Under the pieces are notes generated by a model. The model did not search any database, was not told the origin of the DNA, and worked only from the letters and a program-made list of their open reading frames with translations. From NCBI GenBank assembly GCA_951406725.2, contig OX597819.1, forward strand, positions 119,288,001 through 119,352,000: 64,000 nt of DNA, written 5' to 3'. Origin of the DNA: Octopus vulgaris. Lineage: Eukaryota. Made by a program: the position numbers and the translations under genes. Of the stretch, positions 42,486 through 54,050 are shown piece by piece. Each line of letters starts with the position of its first letter. Position 1 is the stretch's first letter.

Positions 42486-42624
42486 ACTCCACTTCCCTTA
42501 GGTATATTTATTAAACATCTTTTGAGGGACCGAAAAACTGTAATACGAAACGTCTTTCAAAAAGAAAAGAAATATATGTGCATGTATATGCGTATGTATG
42601 TATGCCTCTCTCTCTATATATATA

Positions 42625-42669
<45 letters not shown>

Positions 42670-42759
42670 CAAATAACAAAGTGGAGTTGTAGGATACCGC
42701 ACCAATGGAATTATATACGAAAGAAGGTTTGAAAATGCAATTTTAAAAGATGTTTATTT

Positions 42760-42800
42760 ACTTTACCGGTTTCGCCCTTTGGAAAAATATTATCAAAAGT
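42760..42800 (-). ncRNA. Minimal hammerhead, U3:A8 variant, decayed stem II
   Basis: Minus: ACTT TTGATAA TATTTTTCCAAAGGGC GAAAC CG GTA AAGT. Confidence 0.5.
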
Positions 42801-42951
42801 AACATATAGAAGTTTGGTTGCGTTAATTATTGGTTGTTGCAAAATGCTACATTACATATATACAGTCTTTGGTAACAAGGACATGTTAAGGACATAAAAA
42901 AACAAGTTCCTTAAAATATTGGGCACAAAATATTACATAAATATTCTTTCG

Positions 42952-43009
<58 letters not shown>

Positions 43010-44449
43010 CATATACATTTACATATCATATGTATACATTGAAATATGTTTAAACAGAAAAAAGATAGGATGTGTGACTCATATTGACACGTCTTCTTTC
43101 TAAAGTTTCTCCTTACATAAATCCTGCATAACATAAATATTTACGCATTTACTTATGTATTTATGTATACATAATTCTAGACGTTTCTGCATTCGAAAAC
43201 GAAGACGGAATCAATGCATGACAAAAATAACCTAGAAAGAAACCAAAGAATTCAGAACCTGTAAAAATGAGAAAATATGAGGCATGTAAACATAGGTTAC
43301 TGCGGAAAATCAATTTTACTTTGATGTATTTGTTTCTTTTGTTTCTCGAATTCAATAACAAATACCTTACGTCTAAACGTTCAACTTTCATATTCGAACG
43401 TTGTCAAGACAACAGGCGCCATCTGAAATAAATTTTGAAGTTTTGAATATGTGCCGTGTAATGTATATGATTATATATTGAGAATAAATAAACTGCGATA
43501 TTCTTTATGTTTGATACATCTGCAGTAATATAAACAAAACAGTGACGGTTGAATGTATAATATATGCCTAGTTTGATTTTGTCTATATTCAGGGATTTTT
43601 TTCATCTCTTACTGAGAGGTTTGGCTTGGCTTGAAATTGCTTACGAGGATTCTTCGAATGTGTCATTTGTAAAGAAAATAGATTAGATAACAATACATTT
43701 GTTATATTTTAATTCCTTTGTAATTTATCTTAGGCGCCCATTCGAAATGCAGACATGTAGAAAATCATATATTGAAGTCCAAACAAAAGTGCGAATTTGA
43801 AATCATTGTTATGTATCAAATCGTCCGCCCGTCCGTTTATCTATCCATTACACTTTCCCTGTGTGTGTGTGTGTATGTGTGTGTGGTGTGTGTGTATGTG
43901 TGTGTGCGTGTGTGAGAGTGTGTATACGAGCACATGAATGAGAGCATATATATCAACATGAACCATATTTGTCCGAAAAATACCGGCCGAGAATTCTTAA
44001 GATTGACACGTCAGTTTCGGCAATTTCCGTGGCCTTCATCAGGTTATCTAGTTCAGTGTTCAGTAATTTTCGTACCTGTCTCTGTATTATCAAATACATT
44101 TTCCTCATCCAAATTAAAGGATGATTTAGTGATCCACTATGTATATACAGAATTCATAGATGCAGCAGTTTGCAATTTTTTTCCGAAACTGACAATTATT
44201 CTTGTTATTCAAAGTTGCAAGGGTGTAAAAAAACCCAGCTACATTGCTACAAATAAGAGGAGATTTAGTGACAATTATAATTCTCCTTATTGGTGAAACA
44301 TCGTAACCTGCTGTTTACATTAATTATATATATATATACAGATAGATAGATAGATAGATAGATAGATACATACATACATACATGCATACATACATACATA
44401 CATACATACATACATACATACATACATACATGCATACATACATACATAC

Positions 44450-44730
44450 TATATCCCTGCATATCTCACGTCTATTTTCATTCTTCCACTTTACTCTCTA
44501 TTTCATATCTGATCTCGAATAATTATGGCTTAACCATCTTCTTTCACCGTCTCCGATGAGGTGATATATAAAACATTCCAGAAACAGCTGTAAGGTCTTC
44601 TATTTATAAATGTTCTGAAATCATTCACAGCCTTGGATTTTTATCTCGTTCTGAATTTCTTTTATATATGTACATGCTGATATATGACCTACGTTGGACT
44701 CCTCATTTGCATAATCACCGAACCTCTGCA
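44450..44730 (+). mobile_element. PLE-type terminal repeat with HHR motif (44550-44595)
   Basis: TCT CCGATGA GG...CCA GAAAC AGCT GTA AGG; downstream part matches the reverse complement of ~4640-4775. Confidence 0.65.
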
Positions 44731-44776
44731 TACATACATATATTTATATTCATGTATATATATATATATATATATG

Positions 44777-44827
<51 letters not shown>

Positions 44828-44830
44828 GCA

Positions 44831-46560
44831 CTAGAAATGTTTCCCGGCGTTGCCCGGATATTAGAACCTATAGCCACATTGTCTTGTTTGTTTCTTATGT
44901 GTGGAATCGGCGCACTAGGAGCGAGAAGCAAAAATCTTTTTTTTATAAACATGTTTTACGGTCATTTTGTGATGATCAATGCTGAAATTGTCACGAAAAA
45001 CGTAGAATAGCAGTTTAGATTAGGATGGAATCCTAAAAACAATCGAAAATAACCTAGACTTTTGGATGTAAAAAATTGGATCACGAATGAGAACGTATAG
45101 ATATCCGTATGGCAGAAAGTAAGGTACAGGGAAAGAAAGGTGCCTCATTGTCAAAAGCAACATCTCTGTAACGTTTGAGCGGACTGCACACTTCAACATA
45201 TATTAAGTGAAGCCGACAAAGCTTCTGGGGAAACAATGTTTTGCGAAAGTCCAGTGTTGGTACAATACATCTATAAGTCATCTGCAATGCTAACTTGAAA
45301 GCATGCGACATATTGTAAATTGAGACCCACAATTTTTAAAGTTTGACCCTAGGCTTTGTTGATTGTCATAACGAAGTACAATTGCACTGGGAACTAGAGG
45401 CGTGGATGTATGCGATCTTTCCTCGATGACAGCCGGCAATATTGGTTGCTTTTAGGACATGACTTTTCGTTGTAGTTATAATCAAACTTGTAACATTGCA
45501 TATTCGTTGTGGGTTCAAATTCCTCAAGGAACAACTTTTGCAGTGGCAGTCTTTAGGTTGTAGAGAGTTGAGAAATTCTATTGGATAGTCAACAGTAGTA
45601 TGTTATGTTCGCCGATGGTAGTATATAACAACCATGTAGGCGACACTAGGCTCATTCAATCGTCGAGTTTCATGAAGTATGTCATGAGATAGGTTGTCTT
45701 TGCGGTTTTACCAAAGTTGTTGTGGATTCGGTAAATCAAATGGTGCAACATGATGGCAAGGATTCTTCTTAGTTGGTAAGCCTTGCATGCGGTTGCTGCG
45801 TCAGTAAGAGCTAAACTCCACTGACCGCCATCTTCGAGAAGACCTCGTACTTGGTAGGCTTGTAGAAATATTTCGCAAATCAAGAAGTTTACTATTTGAA
45901 AGTCCAGGAATTTCGTAGAGGAGTAACCGGAGACAGTAACATTCGATGTTTTGGGGATGGAGCGTATAAACTCGACCTAGAGCATTACATTTTTATGTGT
46001 GGATGCCCTTCGAGGGTTACCCCAAGATATCTCCTCTCCCACTTCTTAACATGGTTATTCCAGGTGTAATACGTCGGTACGTCTGAATAGAAGATGGTCG
46101 CGGATAATGCGTCACATCTACACAAGCCAAAGAATGCCGTAAGTGTCGTCGCCTTTGGCGCATATATTTGTCCTCTAAATCTTTCGGGAGTCAATGGATC
46201 AACATAAACTCTTTGGCCATTTTCTAAATGAACAGATAAGTGGACAACAGCGGGATATCTGTCGTGGATGGTGAAACGAACGAGTCCCTAAGCGGCTGCA
46301 TTACTGCTTACATAACGGCCCATTAGATATTAGTGTACCTCATCGGCCCTATCAGCAGCTGAAAGGCCAAACACAGCCATGTGGGAACCTTTGTTTATAT
46401 ATTTGCATACATAGTTGATGGAGTGAACAGACTTGCAAAATTCCATGTTAATGTTTGCCTTGAAGACTTGTAGCAATAGAGGACTATATGGGACGATCCA
46501 CCTGTTGTCTACGACGACTGGACTTGTCGCCGAAGAGTGAAATGGAATCCACCGTCTCCT
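44831..46560 (-). mobile_element. Decayed autonomous-type Helitron (RepHel pseudogene) with intact 3' end
   Basis: Minus: VDNRWIVPYSPLLL..YVCKYINKG, RYVSSN, HLENGQRVY, TTLTAFF, GLLEDGGQW, and Pif1-like FPVQLYFVMTINKA*GQTL; 3' hairpin CCGGGCAACGCCGG then CTAG|T at 44831. Confidence 0.92.
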
Positions 46561-47060
46561 GGTTTGTATGTTGGACACCCGTCCTGTCCAGTCTAAGAAA
46601 CACCAAAATTGATCCACATCCCATCCCGCCGTCTAAAAGTAAAAACAAAGGGCTGTTTTGTCCGCTTCCGCATGCATAGATTTATAATGAAAGAGTAAAA
46701 GGACCACGGCATGTGAAGCCCTCACCATGAAACTCGATATACTAAAAATAACAGCTAAATGTCCGGAGGATTTTTGTGTCTGTGGGTGCGTGCGGGCGCA
46801 ACTATTTCTACAGTTTATCTGAACGAAGATAGAAAGAAGTATTCAAAATACATTTGACATACCTGTCGTAGACGTCGGAATATTTTTTCGCTTGAAAGGT
46901 AAGCGATTCTGATTAAAGCAATTATCTTACTCTAATTCATTCGATTAATTCCAACAAAATACTACAAATTTAGTCACTGGCTCAGCACCTATGTTTGTGT
47001 TCTTCATTTCAAAATAATAGAAACTTCAACATACTTCCAAAATGGGACTTCATCCATGTT

Positions 47061-47470
<410 letters not shown>

Positions 47471-47726
47471 TGATGTAATGCAAAGCAATCGTCTTGTCAG
47501 GGAAAAAAACGAACAAAAATACATAATTTTTCCTTGACGAGGTGATTGCATTGCTTTACATCATTTTTATTCCCCCTGGAATAACCTCAATGCTTTTTTT
47601 TTAAACATATGTTGGAAGTAAAAATGATTAGAATAACCACCGTTTGACACCATTTCATAATTTATCCATATATATATTTTGCATATGGTCTACTGATACA
47701 TTTCTCTTGAATACAAATATCGCGTG

Positions 47727-47775
<49 letters not shown>

Positions 47776-48869
47776 AAGTACGTGATATTTGGATTCAAGA
47801 GAAATGTATCAGAGAGCCATATGTAAAATTTCATTTTCGTTACCGATCCTAATGTAAGGAGAAAAATATTATATTTCTACTTGAAGAGTCATTGAAAACA
47901 TAAGAGCTTCATAACTTTGTTCTTTTCTGTATTCTGTATACTTTCAAGGTGCTTCTCTGTTTGTTATGGACAATACATAAAATAGTTTATGTAAAAGAAA
48001 AAAAAAATTATAATTATCCATAATGATATTGAGATGCAATAAAGGGATATTGGTCATAAAGAAAAAGAAAACAGAAAAATATATCTGATATTTCCCTCGT
48101 GTTACATTAAAATCATGCATCGAATATGAAATAGTTGGAAAAGCAAGAGTAGATATTAACGATTCGTTTGTGAAGAAACAGCATACGAAGAACAACTAAA
48201 TAGTAAGTCTCAAAATAGCAATAAACCCCCTACTAATCATTAATATAATATATTTAATTGTCCTCTTTTGCGTCCATAATTCTAATATGATCGCATTACT
48301 ATCTTTGTATTGCATGTTGATCTCACGTAAACAACAAATACCTAGATGATTAGTAAATGTGTATTATGATTAGTAAATATAATATTATCGTCATTAATGA
48401 TAATAATAAAGTGGCTGGCAAATTTACACCTTTAGAGGCAAAATATAAGCTTAATGCCCTACTGAATCTGTATTTAGCAAATAATTAGCCAATAAAAGCG
48501 TAAACTAGCGACCCACCTTATTATTATCATTAATAACTGTAATAATACAGGGTAGTTTTGTGTTAAATATCGCGGGGACGGTTAAAGTAAAGAACGCAAG
48601 AGGTAATCTGATGAATATTTTAGAAATAGATGCTAAAAATGTTATTTTCAACTGACGATCCCAGAGTATGTTTGTCATAGACAGGGTGAAATCAATTAAT
48701 ATTGAAATATACAATCCTTACTTATGTATTCCACGCAAGGTAAGCCTGTTTCTCCTATGTTCATTGCATTGCCCGTGTGTATTTTAATTGTGAGCTGCCG
48801 GCGGTTTTGAAGCGAAGGCACCGATTATAGCGAGTGGTATTTAAATACCCTACTGAATCTAAATTCAAA

Positions 48870-48958
<89 letters not shown>

Positions 48959-48974
48959 ATAACTTAGAATAACT

Positions 48975-49113
48975 TAGAAAGGTTTTGGCCAGTATTGGCC
49001 CAGGCCATGTCTAACTTAATAACACAACCTGGCGAAGTCTTTCAATTCAGGATTGGGGCACCAAAGCCCATTCGAGCAGAGAGTTATTGTTTGCGGAGAC
49101 ATATCCGGGAGTC
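48975..49113 (-). mobile_element. 5'-truncated 3' end of the 52.5-kb LINE family
   Basis: Reverse complement matches ~56970-57105 (end of ORF2 and 3' UTR). Confidence 0.9.
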
Positions 49114-50320
49114 GATGGTTTGTCCATTTGTGTGTATGTGCTTGTGTGTGTATGGATGGATGGATGAATGGATGTGTATACGTGTGTGCGTGTAGATATA
49201 TGTATGCACGCACTAACATAATGTGCCCACGCGCTTGTAAGATATATGTATGTATGTATGTATCATTATGTACCTATATGCGCGAGTGCATATGTATGCA
49301 TACAGACATATACACAGATACAGACGCAGAAGCACACACACGCACGCACACGGACCATCTGTATATATGAACAATACTTTCAATGTTTATACATTACTAT
49401 GCAACCTGCGCAATATTGTAGAGACAACAACCGGAATATCCTTTTGTGATTGGCTGTTCCATAAGGACATGTTTGATTATGTCGGAATTGAGATTTTATG
49501 TGTTTGATAAATTAACTGCATATTACTATTTTTATCATGCAAGTAACATACATAACAGATGGACAACGTTGAAAATCATGAAAGGAAAAATAAAAATAAA
49601 ACGGGCGTGTGTATATATTTATATATATTTATGGATATATATATATATATATTTATGGATATATATATATATATACATACATATATATATATATATCATA
49701 TATATATATATGTATGTATATATGTATGTATATATGTAAATATACCTACATATAGAAATGGAGAGAGAAATCCAGGTACCGTCTTTAGGTAGCACGGGGA
49801 ATATCTGTGCCCATGCTAATGTTAGTATCCGTTGCTAATTGCATTGTTTTTATTTGGCGTTGATCAAACGGAAATATGCATAGCAATGATAAAATGCATC
49901 CGTGCCACAAGTATCCTGTGTTTTATTGAGAGACAGAATATCTAAGACTTTATTACTTTATGATTACGCTAATATTAAGCATACATGACGGATCCATTTG
50001 AGTGCTGTTCCAAAGTTATATGTGGTAATTCGTGCCACACCGTATTCACACTTTTTCTTTATTTATATGTGGTTTGATTCTGCATACACATGTGTTCGAG
50101 TTTATCGATAATGTTTTATTTTTAAATTTCATTATTGGTCTTGAGTCCTATCAGCATTAAAAAGAAATCGTTCCCAGCGGCCTATTCCAACCATTGTTAT
50201 GCCTTTTAATCCTTCATTCTATGGCGATGCAACTGAAAATTCAAACGAATCTACAACAAAATTATTTTGAGTGCAGTACCAGATATTTCGCTTTTGTTAC
50301 TTGTGACATTATACATATAC

Positions 50321-50364
<44 letters not shown>

Positions 50365-50412
50365 GCACACACATACACACATACACATATACATATATAT
50401 ATATATATATAT

Positions 50413-50657
50413 AAAATATTATTAGAGACAAAACCACTATTTTGCAAAACAAACAAGGAAAGACTTAATCAATACATAAAATTTTAATAAATAGTCAAAA
50501 AAACCGCCACTACAATTGTTTCTTGTCTTGATCGACAATCTTCAGGTGGACTTCCAATAAGTCAGTTTCAAATGACTATTTATTAAAATTTTATGTATTG
50601 ATTAAGTCTTTCCTTGTTTGTTTTGCAAAATAGTGGTTTTGTCTCTAATAATATTTT
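50413..50657. repeat. 85-bp-arm inverted repeat enclosing a hammerhead
   Basis: Arms 50413-50497 and 50573-50657 appear perfect by eye; flanked by (TA)n. Confidence 0.92.
50507..50549 (-). ncRNA. Canonical minimal type I hammerhead ribozyme
   Basis: Minus: CCAC CTGAAGA TTGTC-GATCAA-GACAA GAAAC AATT GTA^GTGG. All core residues, 4-bp stem I, 5-bp stem II, palindromic stem III ACAATTGT. Confidence 0.88.
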
Positions 50658-50737
50658 TTAATATTTAACTATAAAATTGGATTTGATCCTAAATCTGATT
50701 TTTCCCTGTAAATTTGGATTTATTCCCTAATATTTAT

Positions 50738-50811
<74 letters not shown>

Positions 50812-50829
50812 GTGTTTGTGTGTGTGTGT

Positions 50830-51002
50830 GCTTCTACGACGAACTTCTTTCAGTTTCAGCCAACCAAATCCACTCACAGAGCTTTGGTCGGCCCGAGGCT
50901 AAAGTAGAAGACACTTGCAGAAGGTGCCACGCAGTGGGACTGAACCCGGAAACATGTGGTTGGAAAGCAAGCTACTTACTATGCAGCCACTCCTGTGCCT
51001 AT
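50830..51002 (-). mobile_element. SINE family A, head half
   Basis: Matches family A head. Confidence 0.85.
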
Positions 51003-51727
51003 GTAGAAACTTCTAAGAACACTGGTTTCAAATTGTTTCCGATGACAACTCTGAACGACTGTAAACTAGATATGTATTAAGCTATGTGTTGTACACAGCA
51101 ATCGACTCAGATTTAAGATACATCCCCAAGTATGACATTGTCTGAAAGCGTTCATGATGATCAAGTTCAATGTCAATTTGATTATGCTTGCATCTATACT
51201 TCTGTGCTTCTGGGTTAACTTCTAAAATACACATACAGACAAACACGTGCTCACGTGTAAGCGTAAATATATATCTTACATATTTATGGTAATATATTCA
51301 ATGTGGAATATTTTGCAGTCACCCCTCTTTTTTATCGTAATATATACTTCTGGAAATAAAATGAAATTTCACAGGAAAGAATATTTTTATACTTTCTGAA
51401 GAAACCTAAGTAATATTTCTGTCAATTTTAAAGTACACAAAGCATAGCAATGCATAATTCAAAGCTACCAGCAATAAAACTGAAGGATTATCTGCTTCTG
51501 CAAAGCACTTTCGCTTAAGATCCATTAAGCAAAGCGAGGAAATAAGGGAAAGGAAAGAATTTCCCAACTACACCTGGCTAGTACATAACATGTTTTCGCA
51601 TGTTATTTCTAAAGAGACCGAGACAAAAAGAACGAGTTGTTTTCGACAAAATCTGCCGAAAAATCAAGTGTTGTCTACCATTCGTGGGCCAATATATGTA
51701 CATTGGTACACAAAGGAAAAATATACC

Positions 51728-51760
<33 letters not shown>

Positions 51761-52375
51761 GTATATATCTGCATGTGCGTGTGTGTTTGTGTGTGTGTGT
51801 TCGTGTGTGTGTGAGTGCGTGTGTGAGATTAGAGGGATATATTATTCCAAGGGATACCAAGGTAGCTTGCAGTTATGTGTAAGGTTACGGTTTTATGGCA
51901 TCGGTGGGTATTTTGCTTCGATCCAAGCTGGTTGAAGGGAGCTGCACAGAAAATCATGTCATGTTTCATATGCAACTGCTCACATTCTGTGGAGCAGAAA
52001 TACGTGTATGGTTCGTTGTAACCATAAAAGTATGTTGTATGACATGTAAAATACAAGCAAATAAATTTTGAGGATTTACAAGCCTCCATATTTGCTATCA
52101 TATAATTACTACATTTATATAATACATATCTATATTTTTGTTGTGTGTGTGTGTGTGTGTCTATGTATGTATGTATACTTCATTAATAAAGCGTATTACT
52201 CTATCTCTGGTATTCGAAGCTTTTTTTGCCACCTTGTTTCGCATTTATGTGCTTAAGAGAGACAGAAACGGGTAGAAACAAACAAAATACCACTTGTATT
52301 TGAACACTATGCAAATATTCTTTTAACAAATATTTTGTTTTAATTTTTCCAAAATTTAACTGTTTTCTATCCTTA

Positions 52376-52412
52376 CAGTTGAAAAAAGTCTCAATGACTG
52401 AAACCAGTACTG
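52376..52412 (+). ncRNA. Minimal hammerhead, U3:A8 variant
   Basis: CAG TTGAAAA A AGTC-TCAAT-GACT GAAAC CA GTA CTG. Confidence 0.65.
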
Positions 52413-52817
52413 AAATATTTTATAAAAACTTTTTAGAATTTTCTATCTTGCCTTTTTTCAATTGATATATATATCTTTATATATATATATAGTGGATTAA
52501 CTGTTGAAGTGGACGGACGTCTATTTGTTTCTCTTCCAAGTCAGTAGCAAGCTACACAGCTTCAAAACTAACTGACCTTAAATATATATATATTTGTAAC
52601 CACGTGTTTGCCTACAAACCCGTAAGTACGTTTTCATTTAACTACAAATTGTTATATACACCTGTTTTTCTTTTAATATCCTCAAACAAACAAATAATCA
52701 AAAACTCACACCCTTAAGAGAGAACATTTATATATATATATACACTTCTTTAACTCCCAAGAAAGAATATATATATTTTCAAAAATCAAAAGGAAAACAA
52801 ACAAAAGAAAAACAAAC

Positions 52818-54050
52818 ATGACTAACTTGCAGGCCTGCAACAGACGAAATTGGTCTGATAACGAAATTGATGTTTTAATAAACACATGGTTCTCTCTTTC
52901 CCAAACAGAAAATCTAAATGTTTTGTGTTTGAATGAGATTGCCGAAAAAACATCACAAGTGGTCAACACACGATCCGTCAAACAGATTCGTAGCAAGCTG
53001 AAACATATCGAAGTATCTTTCAAACTGACAAAAGGCCATTATGAAAAGCTTCTTCATATTTTCACAGTTCAAGAACAGCAACAGCTAGAAAATCAGCAGC
53101 CACAACAACAACAACAACAGAATGAGCCACTCCTGGTTCCCAGCACAATGGCTGACCCTAACATCGGTCAAGCACAACAACAACAACAACAACAGCCACA
53201 GCAACAAGAACAACAACAGCCACTCCTCAACTCTAGCTTACTAGATGATTCACTAAATGCCAGTATCTTTTCACCGCTCTCACAGCAACCACCACAATTA
53301 TCATCATCATCATCACCACCGCTGCCACCATCGTCTTCTATCACGAAAAATACCAACAGAAAACCAAATAAGAAACCACTGCCCTCTTCCCCCACATCAC
53401 CACCTCAATACTACTGCAGTAACAAAAACTTAAAGAAACATAGGAAGCAGAATGCGCCCCCCACGGCACAAACAAGAAATCCCCAAATATGCCGTTATTC
53501 ACTGCGTCAGAGACTCTGCACAAATAGTGACTGCATCTTCACGCATCTACCCGGCACTAGACGCACTACCGGCCAAGGCCAAAGCACGCATCCCACAATA
53601 ACATCAACACCACCAAATAGTAAATCGAAATTCAAAACACACACAACTCGGAGTCCCAAAATCTGCCGGTATTCCCAACGTGAGATAACATGTCTACTGA
53701 GTGACTGTCCCTTCACTCATCTTCCAGGGACCCGACGCACAAACAGAAACGGGGCTTCAAGCCAACACACAAACCTGAATAAAAATAAAAATAGAAACAC
53801 ACCATGCTGCAGTAATGCTGGTCCAGTCTTTTCAGGAAGACACAAAAACAACAACAACAAAAGTGGAAACTACAACCCTATCCAACAGTGCAACCACACC
53901 TCCAGCCAAAAACTGCTCCCTAAGCAGGAAAATTATTTTTTAGCCATGTTGAACATGGCAAAAGAGATACACAAAAACATTCTAGCCATCACTCAACACC
54001 ATCCTATGCTATTACCCCAGTGCACCAATTCCCCACATTGCTGCCACTAA
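52818..54050 (+). CDS. LINE ORF1 protein (410 aa): Myb/SANT-like N-terminus, polyQ/Ser-Pro linker, two CCCH zinc fingers
   Basis: RRNWSDNEIDVLINTW...RSVKQIRSKLKH; two C-x8-C-x4-C-x3-H-LPGTRRT repeats; positioned directly upstream of ORF2. Confidence 0.85.
   Translation: MTNLQACNRRNWSDNEIDVLINTWFSLSQTENLNVLCLNEIAEKTSQVVNTRSVKQIRSKLKHIEVSFKLTKGHYEKLLHIFTVQEQQQLENQQPQQQQQQNEPLLVPSTMADPNIGQAQQQQQQQPQQQEQQQPLLNSSLLDDSLNASIFSPLSQQPPQLSSSSSPPLPPSSSITKNTNRKPNKKPLPSSPTSPPQYYCSNKNLKKHRKQNAPPTAQTRNPQICRYSLRQRLCTNSDCIFTHLPGTRRTTGQGQSTHPTITSTPPNSKSKFKTHTTRSPKICRYSQREITCLLSDCPFTHLPGTRRTNRNGASSQHTNLNKNKNRNTPCCSNAGPVFSGRHKNNNNKSGNYNPIQQCNHTSSQKLLPKQENYFLAMLNMAKEIHKNILAITQHHPMLLPQCTNSPHCCH

Noticed and set aside
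52376-52500. HHR as the 5'-processing ribozyme of the adjacent LINE
   Set aside because: Separated from the LINE start by a (TA)n tract and embedded in its own PLE-type repeat; adjacency is expected at this HHR density.
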